Below are positions 33,574 to 42,576 of a stretch of 59,114 bases of DNA, one piece after another; within the stretch, counting starts at the first letter, position 1; the number at the start of each line of letters is the position of its first letter. Both the position numbers and the translations under genes were made by a program. Below the pieces are notes generated by a model. The model was not told the DNA's origin. It searched no databases and saw nothing but the letters and a program-made list of their open reading frames with translations. Source of the stretch: Anaerolineae bacterium (lineage in GTDB: Bacteria > Chloroflexota > Anaerolineae > 4572-78 > JBHHXL01); NCBI GenBank assembly GCA_046757065.1, contig JBHHXL010000002.1, positions 1 to 59,114 on the forward strand, written 5' to 3'.

Positions 33574-34728
33574 ATGAGAAATTTAATCGTCAGACAGCGT
33601 TTTCTAATCATCGCCGTCCTGGTCGTTGGCCTGGGATTGATTGCGGCGCAGTGCGGGGCCCAACCGGCGGAACCGCAGGTCATCGAGCGGGTCGTGACCC
33701 AGGAAGTCCAGGTGGTGGTTACCAAAGAGGTTGAGGTTGAGAAGATCGTCACTAAAGAGGTCGAGGTCGAGAAGATCGTCACCCAGGAAGTTGAAGTTGA
33801 GGTTGAGGTCCCGGCCGATATCGCAGTCGTCAGAATCAATATGGGCTATATCCCCGATCCCCAGTACGCGCCGTTTTACGTCGGCGTGGAGAAGGGCTAC
33901 TTCGCTGAGGAGGGGATACAGATCGTCACCGACTATTCGACGGAGGTAGACGGGATCGAGTTGCTGGCCGCCGGGGAAGCTGATTTTGCTACTGGGAGCG
34001 GGGACTTGCTGCTCCAGGCCCGGAGCCAGGGTCTGCCGATTGTCTACGTCTTGCGTTGGTACAACGGCATTCCTGCGGCCATCTTCTCGCTCAAAGAGGC
34101 CGGTATCGATAGCCCTGAAGACCTGAAGGGCAAGACGGTCGGCATTCCCGGTTTCTTTGGGATCAACTACAAAAGCTGGCTGGCCTTCCTCGAGGCGAAT
34201 GGGCTGACCAGTGATGATGTAACCCTGGAAGCCATTGGTTTTGCCCAGGTGGCCTCGGTCAGCGAGGGGCAGGTGGACGCCGCCGTTGGGTACTCCAACA
34301 ACGAGCCGGTGCAAATGATGGTGCAGGGTATGGATGTCAACGTCATCGAGCTTGCGCCGTACAACAACTTCGTGCCCATCGGGATTATGACGACCGAGAC
34401 TATGATCGCGGAGAGACCTGAGGTGGTGCAAGGGTTCGTGCGCGCCTTCCTGCGTTCTGTGAAGGCCACGCTCGACGATCCGGATTACGCTTTGGACGCG
34501 GTTGTGCGGGCGGTCCAGTTCAGCGGTGGGGATGCCCGGCCAATCACCCAGGCGACGCTCAGTAAGGCGATGGAGTTCTGGACCCCGGTAGATGGTAAGT
34601 TCGGCTATTACGACGCGGAGACCTTCGAATGGTCCCAGGAGTTTCTGCTCGCTGCCGGGGAAATGGATACCGAGATCGATGTGTCACAGGCCTTCACCAA
34701 CGAATTCGTCGAGAACGCCCAGCCATAG
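33574..34728 (+). CDS. ABC substrate-binding protein (NMT1/THI5-like) with membrane anchor and repeat linker
   Basis: GAGGAGGAG RBS. N-terminal hydrophobic helix, an EVEVEK repeat linker, then a periplasmic-binding fold (RINMGYIPDPQYAPFYV). Confidence 0.85.
   Translation: MRNLIVRQRFLIIAVLVVGLGLIAAQCGAQPAEPQVIERVVTQEVQVVVTKEVEVEKIVTKEVEVEKIVTQEVEVEVEVPADIAVVRINMGYIPDPQYAPFYVGVEKGYFAEEGIQIVTDYSTEVDGIELLAAGEADFATGSGDLLLQARSQGLPIVYVLRWYNGIPAAIFSLKEAGIDSPEDLKGKTVGIPGFFGINYKSWLAFLEANGLTSDDVTLEAIGFAQVASVSEGQVDAAVGYSNNEPVQMMVQGMDVNVIELAPYNNFVPIGIMTTETMIAERPEVVQGFVRAFLRSVKATLDDPDYALDAVVRAVQFSGGDARPITQATLSKAMEFWTPVDGKFGYYDAETFEWSQEFLLAAGEMDTEIDVSQAFTNEFVENAQP
33691..33810 (+). repeat. In-frame tandem 30-nt (decapeptide KEVEVEKIVT-like) repeat within the SBP gene
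   Basis: VVTQEVQVVVTKEVEVEKIVTKEVEVEKIVTQEVEVEVEV. Confidence 0.85.
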
Positions 34729-34739
34729 TTGATGGATTA

Positions 34740-34770
34740 GATTAGTTCAATCTCCGAGATTGAACCAATC
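34740..34770 (+). terminator. Hairpin after the SBP gene (GATTAGTTCAATCTC / GAGATTGAACCAATC)
   Basis: About 13-bp stem with one mismatch, starting 12 nt after the stop. No T-tract. Confidence 0.4.
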
Positions 34771-34798
34771 TGGCATCTATCAAAACGGGGCGGGGCGC

Positions 34799-34916
34799 TA
34801 TCCGCTCATCCGCTACTTATCCGCTGATGGTCATTGCTCGTCGGCCAGGAGGAACTCCGTTTTCACCAAACCAAAGCCTATCAGCGGATGGCTCCGCCGG
34901 GCGGATGAACGGATCC
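34799..34916. repeat. Convergent arrays of ATCCGC(T) motifs
   Basis: Three forward ATCCGCT copies (34799-34830) face three reverse (A/G)CGGAT copies (34874-34914). The family recurs at 39136-39236 and 49187-49267. Confidence 0.5.
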
Positions 34917-35154
34917 TCTTCTGACGTAGAGACCCAGAAACGTTTGCGGACACGGCAGCCCCCGAAGAAGGAACTCCGCCGAATGTTGAAACGCTATCAA
35001 ATCCTGGTCTCCTCCGGCAGCACCGGCGCAGTCTTGCTGCCAGACGATCACCTCCTAACTTAGAACGATCCGGCTGGCCTCATTATGCCTCTGCCGGGGA
35101 GCCAGGTTCTCATTTCAAGATGCTGCGAGAAGTCGGAGCGGTTTGAGAGGTGAG

Positions 35155-36243
35155 ATGACGGTAACCGTCGATCATAAATCGCTACAGGCGCTGGTCGCCA
35201 GGATATATGAAAAACTGGGTGTGCCGGCGCAGGATGCCCGGACGGCGGCCGAGATCGCGGTGGCATCCGATCTGAGGGGTGTCGATTCCCACGGGGTGGT
35301 GATGTTGCCGCGCAAAGTGGATTATATGCGGAGAGGGCTGATCGAGCCAAAGCCGCAGAGCACAGTCGAGCGTGAGACTCCGGCGACGGCTTTGCTGAAC
35401 GGCGGTAACGGCCTGGGTTCGGTGGCGGGCAAGCGGGCGATGGAGATATGTATCCAGAAGGCCAAAGCCGTGGGGGCTGGCTTCGTGGCGGTGCACGACA
35501 GCAACCATTACGGCATCGCTGGCTATTATTCCATGATGGCCCTCGAGCACGACATGATCGGCATCTCCATGACCAACACGACACCCATCGTCGTACCAAC
35601 CTTCGGGCGGAAGGCGATTCTCGGCACCAATCCCCTCAGCGTGGCCGCGCCGGCTGGTGAAGAACGCCCCTTCGTCCTGGATATGGCCACCAGCATCGTG
35701 CCTTCGGGCAAGATGACCGTCTTCAGAAACCAGGGCAAGAGCATCCCGGCCGGCTGGGCCATCGATAGTGAGGCTCGGGCGATGACCGATCCGGCCGAGG
35801 TGACGAACATGCTGTACAGCCGCACCGGCGGAGGTCTGTTGCCCCTGGGGGGCGCGGGCGAGGAGTTTGGCGGGCACAAGGGCTATGGACTGACGTTTAT
35901 GGCCGATATCTTCTCAGGCATCCTGTCCGGGGCTGCCTTCGGTCCCTTCGTCTACCCCAGCAAAGATGGCAAGCAATCGCCCGGCAACGTCGGCCACTTT
36001 TTTAGCGCCCTGGCGGTAGACGCTTTTCGCCCCCTGGATGATTTCAAGCAGACGATGGATGCGATGATCCGGGCTTTGAAAGACACGCCGAAGGTTCCGG
36101 GGCAGGATCGAATCTACATCCACGGCGAGAAGGAGTTTGAGATTGAGGCGGAACGGCGGCGAAACGGCATCCCGCTGCACGATCAGGTCGCTGCCGCCTT
36201 GCGAGAACTGGCCCAGGACCTGGAAGTGGATTATAACTTGTGA
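35155..36243 (+). CDS. Ldh2-family (type 2 malate/L-lactate dehydrogenase-like) oxidoreductase
   Basis: GAGAGGTGAG RBS before the ATG at 35155. LRGVDSHGV, HYGIAGYY and GGHKGYGL patterns. Confidence 0.85.
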   Translation: MTVTVDHKSLQALVARIYEKLGVPAQDARTAAEIAVASDLRGVDSHGVVMLPRKVDYMRRGLIEPKPQSTVERETPATALLNGGNGLGSVAGKRAMEICIQKAKAVGAGFVAVHDSNHYGIAGYYSMMALEHDMIGISMTNTTPIVVPTFGRKAILGTNPLSVAAPAGEERPFVLDMATSIVPSGKMTVFRNQGKSIPAGWAIDSEARAMTDPAEVTNMLYSRTGGGLLPLGGAGEEFGGHKGYGLTFMADIFSGILSGAAFGPFVYPSKDGKQSPGNVGHFFSALAVDAFRPLDDFKQTMDAMIRALKDTPKVPGQDRIYIHGEKEFEIEAERRRNGIPLHDQVAAALRELAQDLEVDYNL

Positions 36244-36259
36244 CGGAAGCGAATCCGGG

Positions 36260-37054
36260 ATGAGAAAAAACGTCGCCAAAGAGAAACTCAAAAAGGGCGA
36301 AGTGGTGATTGGCACGTTTGTCACCTTTCGCTCGGCGACTATGGTCGAGATATGCGGCCACGCCGGTTTCGACTTCGTCATCATCGACGCCGAGCACGGC
36401 CCGCTGACCCCGGAGAGTTGTGAGGACCTGGTGCGGGCGGCTGATGTGACGGGCATGACCCCCATCGTGCGCGTCACCCGCAACCACCCGGCGGAGATTT
36501 TGCGCTACCTCGACATCGGCGCCCTGGGGGTGCAGATACCGATGGTGCGAACCGCAGACGATGCCCGCCGCGCGGTTGAGGCCGTCAAGTACCATCCCCT
36601 GGGCCAACGGGGCCTGGGCGGCGCGCGCGCCTCGGCCTGGGGGATGAAGGGTGGCTTCGGCCAGTACCTCGCCGATGCGAACCGCGAGACAATGGTCATC
36701 ATTCAGATCGAGACGAAAGAGGCGGTCGAGAATATTTCGGCTATCCTGGCCGTGGAAGGGGTGGACGCCATCCTGATCGGACGCCTCGATCTATCCCAGG
36801 CCTATGGCATACCGGGCCAGTCCCACGACCCTCTGATCTCGGAAACGGTGGAGCGCCTCATCAACGAAGCGCAAGCCGCCGGCGTAGCCGTTGGTCTGTT
36901 CGAGTTAGACCCGCAACGGGCCGTGCAGTACAAGAGCCGGGGGGTGCGGTTATTCGAGACCTGGCTCGGCTATTTCCTGGCCAGGGCCGCCGCCGGCTAT
37001 ATGCAGCAGGTGCGGGGCGACGCAACGGGATCGGTTCCAGGGGGGGAAGTCTAA
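36260..37054 (+). CDS. HpcH/HpaI-family 2-keto-3-deoxy-acid aldolase
   Basis: 264 aa from the ATG at 36260. KLKKGEVVIGTF, DFVIIDAEHG, VRV...LDIGALGVQIP. Confidence 0.85.
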   Translation: MRKNVAKEKLKKGEVVIGTFVTFRSATMVEICGHAGFDFVIIDAEHGPLTPESCEDLVRAADVTGMTPIVRVTRNHPAEILRYLDIGALGVQIPMVRTADDARRAVEAVKYHPLGQRGLGGARASAWGMKGGFGQYLADANRETMVIIQIETKEAVENISAILAVEGVDAILIGRLDLSQAYGIPGQSHDPLISETVERLINEAQAAGVAVGLFELDPQRAVQYKSRGVRLFETWLGYFLARAAAGYMQQVRGDATGSVPGGEV

Positions 37055-37060
37055 ATACCG

Positions 37061-37840
37061 ATGCGCATTCTGCTCGTTGGCGACGTAATCGCCCAACCGG
37101 GGCTGGCAGCCATCGAACGTTTTTTACCCCAATTGCGCCGGGAGCGCGCGCTCGATCTCGTCGTCGCCAATGGGGAGAACGTGGCCGCCGGGCTGGGCCT
37201 GACGATAGCCGACGCTCAGGCTCTGTTCGCCGCCGGGGTGGATGTTATCACTTCGGGCAATCACATTTGGGACCGGCGGGAGATCGTGGAATTTATGGAG
37301 CAAGGGCAGCCGGTGTTGCGGCCCTTGAACTACCCTGAGGGGGCGCCGGGTTCCGGATATGCCATCAGCAAAGATGTCCTGGTTGTGAGTTTGTTGGGAC
37401 GCATCAATATCGATAGCGTCGATTGTCCCTTCGCCCGCATAGCTGACCTCTTGGATGAACTGCCGGACCGGCCGGCCGTCAGCGTGGTCGATTTTCACGC
37501 CCTGGACCCTATGGAAAAGGTGGCGATGGGCTGGTACCTGGACGGACGCGTCAGCGCCGTGGTGGGCACCCACACCCACATCCCCACCGCCGACGTCCGC
37601 CTGTTGCCCGCAGGGACCGCTTTCGTGGGCGACATCGGAATGGTCGGCCCCTACAACTCCGTAGCCGGTGTCGAAATCGAACCGGCCATCGCCCGGTTCC
37701 GCACTCGTTTGCCTCCCGGCTTCCTGGGCTTCAGGGCCGCCTCCGGGCCGGTTATGTTCAACTCCGTGCTGGTGGATGTGGATGAAGAATCTGGACAGGC
37801 CGTCGATATCACCCGCGTAGACGAGATGGTAGAGTTATGA
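37061..37840 (+). CDS. YmdB-like metallophosphoesterase
   Basis: 259 aa. MRILLVGDV...VVANGENVAAGLGLT and DFHA typical of the YmdB family. Confidence 0.8.
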   Translation: MRILLVGDVIAQPGLAAIERFLPQLRRERALDLVVANGENVAAGLGLTIADAQALFAAGVDVITSGNHIWDRREIVEFMEQGQPVLRPLNYPEGAPGSGYAISKDVLVVSLLGRINIDSVDCPFARIADLLDELPDRPAVSVVDFHALDPMEKVAMGWYLDGRVSAVVGTHTHIPTADVRLLPAGTAFVGDIGMVGPYNSVAGVEIEPAIARFRTRLPPGFLGFRAASGPVMFNSVLVDVDEESGQAVDITRVDEMVEL

Positions 37841-39015
37841 GCGCCCGAATCTTTCGGAATGCGAACGACATTGTTTATGGCCGGGGGGCTTTGGGGCACC
37901 TCAAGACGCTAAAGTGCCAGCGGGTGCTGCTCTTGACCGGCCGGCGGGCTATGGAAAAAACGGGCGTCCTGGCCGAAGCGGTTTCCTGCCTGAAAGCGGC
38001 GGGTGCTCAGGTCGAGGTCGTGAAAGGCGTGCAGCCGGAGCCTCCCCTCGAGGACGTGGAAGCCCACCTGGAAGCGGCCCGGGCCCTGCAACCCGACTTG
38101 ATCGTCGGGCTGGGCGGCGGCTCGGTCATCGACAGCGCCAAGGCGTTGTGGGCCTTCTACGAGCATCCCGAACTCGAGCGGCAGGCGCTTTTCAAAACGC
38201 ACGTTTCTCGCCCCTACCCGCTGCCCAACCTGCGCCGGAAAGCGCGCCTGGTGGCCATTCCCTCCACCAGCGGGACCGGGAGCGAGACCTCCGCCGTGTC
38301 GATCCTGGTCGAGGCCGGGACCCGGCTGAAACGGGTCCTCCTGTCCGCCGAACTTGTGCCGGATGTGGCTATCATCGACCCGGACATCGCCGCCCACATG
38401 CCGCCCCGGTTGGTCGCCCACACCGGGCTGGACGCCCTGGCCCACGCCGTTGAGGCGGCAATCAGCCCCTGGTGCACCGATTTCTCCGAGCCGCCGGCCC
38501 TAAAGGCCATCCAGCTTATTTTCCGGAACCTGCGGGCGGCCTACAGCGGGTCCGACCGGGAGGCGCGGGCCAAGATGCACTACGCGGCCACCCTGGCCGG
38601 GATGGCGATCAACAATTCGATCACCGGCCTGGCGCACGGGATGGATAAGATCGGCCTGGTCTTCGGCCTGCCGCACGGCCTGACCGTGGCCCTGCTTTTG
38701 CCCCACACCCTGCGCTTTAGCGCCACCGAAGCCGGGGCGGGCTACGCCCGGATCGCCCGGACCCTGGGCCTGGCCGGCCGGGATGAGGAGGCCCTGGCCC
38801 GGGCCTTCATTCAGGCCCTGGTGCAATTAGGAAGGGACGTCGGCCTCCCGCAAAGCTTCCGGGAGCTGGGGATTGGGCGGGACCAGTTCAAGGCGCAGAT
38901 CGCTGCGGTCAGCGAGGCGGCCCTGAAAGCCGGCCCGACGGTCTTCAGCCCCAGGGTTCCGACGGCGGAGGAACTGGAGCAACTGTACTGGCAGGCGTAT
39001 GGCGGGGCGGGTTGA
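37837..39015 (+). CDS. Iron-containing (group III) alcohol dehydrogenase
   Basis: 392 aa with GLGGGSVIDSAKA, and a histidine-rich metal site (HTGLDALAHAVE, LAHG). Confidence 0.85.
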   Translation: MSARIFRNANDIVYGRGALGHLKTLKCQRVLLLTGRRAMEKTGVLAEAVSCLKAAGAQVEVVKGVQPEPPLEDVEAHLEAARALQPDLIVGLGGGSVIDSAKALWAFYEHPELERQALFKTHVSRPYPLPNLRRKARLVAIPSTSGTGSETSAVSILVEAGTRLKRVLLSAELVPDVAIIDPDIAAHMPPRLVAHTGLDALAHAVEAAISPWCTDFSEPPALKAIQLIFRNLRAAYSGSDREARAKMHYAATLAGMAINNSITGLAHGMDKIGLVFGLPHGLTVALLLPHTLRFSATEAGAGYARIARTLGLAGRDEEALARAFIQALVQLGRDVGLPQSFRELGIGRDQFKAQIAAVSEAALKAGPTVFSPRVPTAEELEQLYWQAYGGAG

Positions 39016-39135
39016 ATTGAGGCAACTCCTTGTGGGGCGGTCGATGCGGCAGTACGCAATTCTTGAAGCCCTCGCCCTGGCGGCACGACGAAAGACGATC
39101 GACGAATATAGACCCATTCTTTTCGAATGAGCCGA

Positions 39136-39236
39136 GGATTCTCAGCGAATTGCTTTCGGCCTAGCGGATTAACGGATGCCCCCTTGCGCGGAGTTTATCC
39201 GCTAATCCGCTCGGCGGAGCCATCCGCAGAGAATCC
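39136..39236. repeat. ATCCGC-motif array bounded by GGATTCTC / GAGAATCC
   Basis: AGCGGATTAACGGAT ... TATCCGCTAATCCGCT..GGAGCCATCCGC. Shares GCGGATGGCTCCGCC, in inverted orientation, with 34.88 kb. Confidence 0.5.
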
Positions 39237-39276
39237 CCTGCTGATCGCAGAGGCTTTTACTTGACAGGTCTTAGCT

Positions 39277-39300
39277 GTAGGACAAGCTGTTAGCTTGTCC
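39277..39300. repeat. GTAGGACAAGCT-GTT-AGCTTGTCC hairpin (inverted copy of the 24570 module)
   Basis: Lies 18 nt upstream of the MttB-family start codon. Confidence 0.6.
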
Positions 39301-39317
39301 CCACGGGAGCTGAAATA

Positions 39318-40787
39318 GTGGTTGGCAACGGTCCACTAAAGATTCTCGATGAAGGGCAAATTCACTCGATACACCAGACGGCGCTGGGCTTGCTGGAGAA
39401 GATCGGCGTCGTGGTCAAAGAGCCGCGCGCGTGGCGCTATTTTCGGGAGGCCGGCGCTGCGATTGACGAGGAGAACATGCGGGTGCGCATCCCGCCCGAC
39501 ATCGTCGAGGAGGCCATCAGGCTGGCGCCCAGTCGATTCACCGTACACGCCCGCGAACCGGATAATACCGTTGAAGTGGATTACCGACGGCTGCACATCG
39601 AGCCAATGATCGGGCGTCTCAATTTTCTCGATCCAGAGACGGGCGAGCGCCGCCGCACCAATATCACCGATGTGGGCAACCTGGTGCGCGTGGCCGATGC
39701 GATGGAGAATTACCATCTGCTGCACAGCGGGGCGATTATGCCCAGCATCGAGGGCGTTCCCTTGCACGCCGCGCACGCGCACGGTTACCTGGCCAGCGCG
39801 CGCAACACCGGAAAGGTCATCAAAGGCTCGGCGCGTGGCCGGGCAACGGCTGAGGATTGCATCCGTATGGCCGCCGTTGTGGCCGGCGGCGAAGATGCGC
39901 TCCGGCAGCGCCCGAACGTCTTCACCACCGTCAACCCGGTTGCGCCGCTGCAACACGATAAGGGCTTGACCGAAGGCTTGATCGAATATGCCTCTTACGG
40001 CCTGCCCATTGACGTCACCAGCGAACCGCAGGCGGGGGCGACCGCGCCCATCACCCTGGCCGGGTTGCTGGCCCAGCAGACCGCCGACGTGCTCAGCGGG
40101 ATCACGCTGGCCCAATTGGTCAACCCCGGCACGCCGGTCTGGTACGGAACCTGCGGCACGATTATGGATATGAAGCTGGGCGCAATTGCGCTGGGCGCGG
40201 TCGAGGCCGGGTTGATCAATGCGGCCTCGGCGCAGATGGCCGCCTTTTATCAGATTCCGTGCCGGGGCACCGGCGCAGCGACGGAGTCCAAGCTGCTCGA
40301 CATTCAGGCCGGCTACGAGAAGGCCATCACGCTCTTTATGGCCGCCCTGGGCGGCATCAATTGCCTCTTCTATCCGGGCGTGCTCGAACACGCGCTGACG
40401 ATCAGCCTGGAGGCGCTGGTGATCGACAATGAAATCTGCGGTATGGCCCTGCGCGCCCTACGCGGCATCGAGGTCAACGCCGACACGCTGGCCGTGCCGG
40501 TGATCGAAGCGGTAGGGCCGGGCGGCAATTTCCTGGGCCAGCGCCACACGATGAACTTCTTGCACCAGGAACAGTTCATGCCCAACTTTAGCAACCGGCA
40601 GACCCGCGAGGATTGGCTGGCAAAGGCAGGGGGCAAATCGGGCTGGGAGCGCGCCAAAGACGAAGTGCGGCGCATCCTGGCCGAGCACGAGCCGCCGCCG
40701 TTGGATGCCGGCGTCGAGGCCGAACTGGAGCGCATCGTGCGCGAAGTCGAGGCGCGCGGCCCGGAGCCAAAGAGGGTGTACGTATGA
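39318..40787 (+). CDS. MttB-superfamily methyltransferase, pyrrolysine-free (quaternary-amine:corrinoid methyltransferase-like)
   Basis: 489 aa, GTG start, no in-frame TAG. ILDEGQIHSIH..LLEKIGV, VAPLQHDKG, EPQAGATAPITLAG and GPGGNFLGQRHT are family-typical. Confidence 0.9.
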   Translation: MVGNGPLKILDEGQIHSIHQTALGLLEKIGVVVKEPRAWRYFREAGAAIDEENMRVRIPPDIVEEAIRLAPSRFTVHAREPDNTVEVDYRRLHIEPMIGRLNFLDPETGERRRTNITDVGNLVRVADAMENYHLLHSGAIMPSIEGVPLHAAHAHGYLASARNTGKVIKGSARGRATAEDCIRMAAVVAGGEDALRQRPNVFTTVNPVAPLQHDKGLTEGLIEYASYGLPIDVTSEPQAGATAPITLAGLLAQQTADVLSGITLAQLVNPGTPVWYGTCGTIMDMKLGAIALGAVEAGLINAASAQMAAFYQIPCRGTGAATESKLLDIQAGYEKAITLFMAALGGINCLFYPGVLEHALTISLEALVIDNEICGMALRALRGIEVNADTLAVPVIEAVGPGGNFLGQRHTMNFLHQEQFMPNFSNRQTREDWLAKAGGKSGWERAKDEVRRILAEHEPPPLDAGVEAELERIVREVEARGPEPKRVYV

Positions 40788-41797
40788 GCAAATCGCCGCT
40801 GGAGTTCCTTTATCTGGCCCAGGCGGACGTGCAGGCCGCCGGCCTTTCGATGGCCCTGGCCCTGAAAGCGGTCGAGGAAACATTCAAGCTCCACGCCCAG
40901 GGTAAAGTCAATATGCCCCACAAGACCGTGCTCGACCTGGGCGAGCGCGAGCGCGGGCGGGTCAATGCTATGCCGGCCTACGTCGGCGGCGATTTCGACG
41001 TGTGCGGCATCAAGTGGATCGCCGGCTTTCCCCAGAATCCCCTCAAGCACAATTTACCGCGCGGCATTGGCCTGCTGGTGCTCAACGACTCGTGGACCGG
41101 CGTGCCCCTGGCCATTATGGATGCGACGTCGATCAGCGCTATGCGCACCGGGGCAGCGACCGGCGTCGGCGCGAAGTACCTGGCTCGCCCGGATTCCGGG
41201 ATCGCGGCCCTGATTGGGGCGGGGGTGCAGGCGCGCACGCAACTTGAGGCCCTCCAGGCCACGTTGCCCAACCTGCGTCTGGCCCGCGCTTACGACGTGC
41301 GCGCCGAGACCGCGCAAGCCTTTGCATCCGAGATGAGCGCGCAGCTAGGGATCGATGTGCAGGCGGTGTCTACTCCGCAGGCAGCCGTCGAAGGCGCGGA
41401 CGTGATTGTGACGGCTACGGTGGCCGACGAGCCGATTGTGAAGGATGCCTGGGTAAAGCCGGGCAGCCTGTTTGTCCACGTCGGCTCCTACCAGGAGGAA
41501 GAGGAAGCGGTGGTCGAACATTCGGATATGCTCGTCGTTGACGACTGGCAGGCGGTCTTGCACCGGGAGACGCCGATTCTAGCCAGGATGTTCCTGGCCG
41601 GCCAGTTGCAGGAGGCGGACATCCACGCCGACCTGGGCCAGATCATCCTCGGCCAGAAACCCGGTCGCCGCTCGGAGGCTGAGCGCATTTTCTACGCCCC
41701 TATCGGCCTGGGCAGCGAAGACGTGGCCGTCGGTTATGAAATTTACCGGCTGGCGCAAGAGAAAGGTCTGGGCCAACGTCTGCGGCTTTTTGTTTAG
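40784..41797 (+). CDS. Ornithine cyclodeaminase / mu-crystallin-family NAD(P) enzyme
   Basis: 337 aa from the ATG at 40784 (ATGA overlap with the MttB-like stop). AMPAY..GIKW, SAMRTGAATGVGAKYLAR, LIGAGVQAR. Confidence 0.85.
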   Translation: MSKSPLEFLYLAQADVQAAGLSMALALKAVEETFKLHAQGKVNMPHKTVLDLGERERGRVNAMPAYVGGDFDVCGIKWIAGFPQNPLKHNLPRGIGLLVLNDSWTGVPLAIMDATSISAMRTGAATGVGAKYLARPDSGIAALIGAGVQARTQLEALQATLPNLRLARAYDVRAETAQAFASEMSAQLGIDVQAVSTPQAAVEGADVIVTATVADEPIVKDAWVKPGSLFVHVGSYQEEEEAVVEHSDMLVVDDWQAVLHRETPILARMFLAGQLQEADIHADLGQIILGQKPGRRSEAERIFYAPIGLGSEDVAVGYEIYRLAQEKGLGQRLRLFV

Positions 41798-41887
41798 GAG
41801 ATTGGGAGGTTGGGGGATTAGGGGATTAGGAGGTAGCCAGACCGGGGATTCGCTTCAATCTCCCAATCTCCCAATCCCCAGTCCCCA
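41797..41887. repeat. Heptamer-built long hairpin (GGGGATTA / CAATCTCC)
   Basis: GGAGATTGGGAGGTTGGGGGATTAGGGGATTAGG ... CTTCAATCTCCCAATCTCCCAATCCCC. Lies between the OCD-like and corrinoid genes. Confidence 0.65.
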
Positions 41888-41904
41888 TCTATAGGAGAAG
41901 TCAG

Positions 41905-42576
41905 ATGTCTGAACATGACGATATTATCGAACGAATGCAGGAGAGTATTTACGAAGCGGAAGAGGAAGAAGCCGCCGCCGCCGCCGCCGCTGCGTTGGAA
42001 GCGGGTATGGACCCCCTCGAAGCGCTTGAGCGGGGCTTCGCCGAGCCGATCCGTGAACAGGGGGAGGCGTTCAACCGGATGGAGATCTTCCTGCCCCAAC
42101 TCGTTCTGAGCGCCGGGGCTATGAAGGCCGGCCTCAAAGTGCTGGAGCCGGCCCTCAAAGCCGGCGACGACTACGAGGCGACCCGCAAAGGGACGGTCGT
42201 GATCGGCACCGTCGAAGGTGACATTCACGACATCGGCAAGACGGTCGTCATCGCTATGCTGCGCTCCGCCGGCTACGAAGTCCACGACCTGGGGGCCGAT
42301 GTGCCGATGCCCAATTTCCTGCAGGTGGCCGAACAGGTCAAGGCCGACATCATCGCCATGTCGGCCCTGCTTTCCACGACGATGCTGCGCCAGCGCGACC
42401 TGATCGAGTTGATGGAGCTGAAGGGCGTTCGCGACCGGTACTACGTCATTGTCGGCGGTGCGCCGGTGAACGAAGCCTGGGCCCGGGAGATCGGGGCCGA
42501 CGCTTTTGCGCTCGATGCTTTTGAGGCGGTGGAAGCGCTGAACGCGCGCCAGCGATTGGAGGGTTCTCATGCTTAA
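41905..42576 (+). CDS. Corrinoid (cobalamin-binding) protein, MtbC/MttC-like
   Basis: 223 aa, AGGAGA RBS. A helical cap domain followed by a Rossmann domain with the DxHxxG motif (EGDIHDIGK), SALLSTT and VGGAP. Confidence 0.9.
   Translation: MSEHDDIIERMQESIYEAEEEEAAAAAAAALEAGMDPLEALERGFAEPIREQGEAFNRMEIFLPQLVLSAGAMKAGLKVLEPALKAGDDYEATRKGTVVIGTVEGDIHDIGKTVVIAMLRSAGYEVHDLGADVPMPNFLQVAEQVKADIIAMSALLSTTMLRQRDLIELMELKGVRDRYYVIVGGAPVNEAWAREIGADAFALDAFEAVEALNARQRLEGSHA

Noticed and set aside
34827-35063. Small ORFs in intergenic gaps: 34827-35063(+), 13213-13410(-), 28383-28592(-), 10500-10694(-) and 45294-45548(-).
   Set aside because: They are composed of repeat or palindrome sequence, lack an RBS, and overlap promoter/operator or MITE-like elements.
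39016-39317. Cobalamin riboswitch upstream of the corrinoid methyltransferase cluster, or a TPP riboswitch upstream of the THI5-like transporter at 30560-30652.
   Set aside because: I found no B12-box (GCCACTG context) or TPP-type CUGAGA/ACCUGA core in the leaders. The only GCCACTG lies inside the nitroreductase gene at about 22.07 kb.
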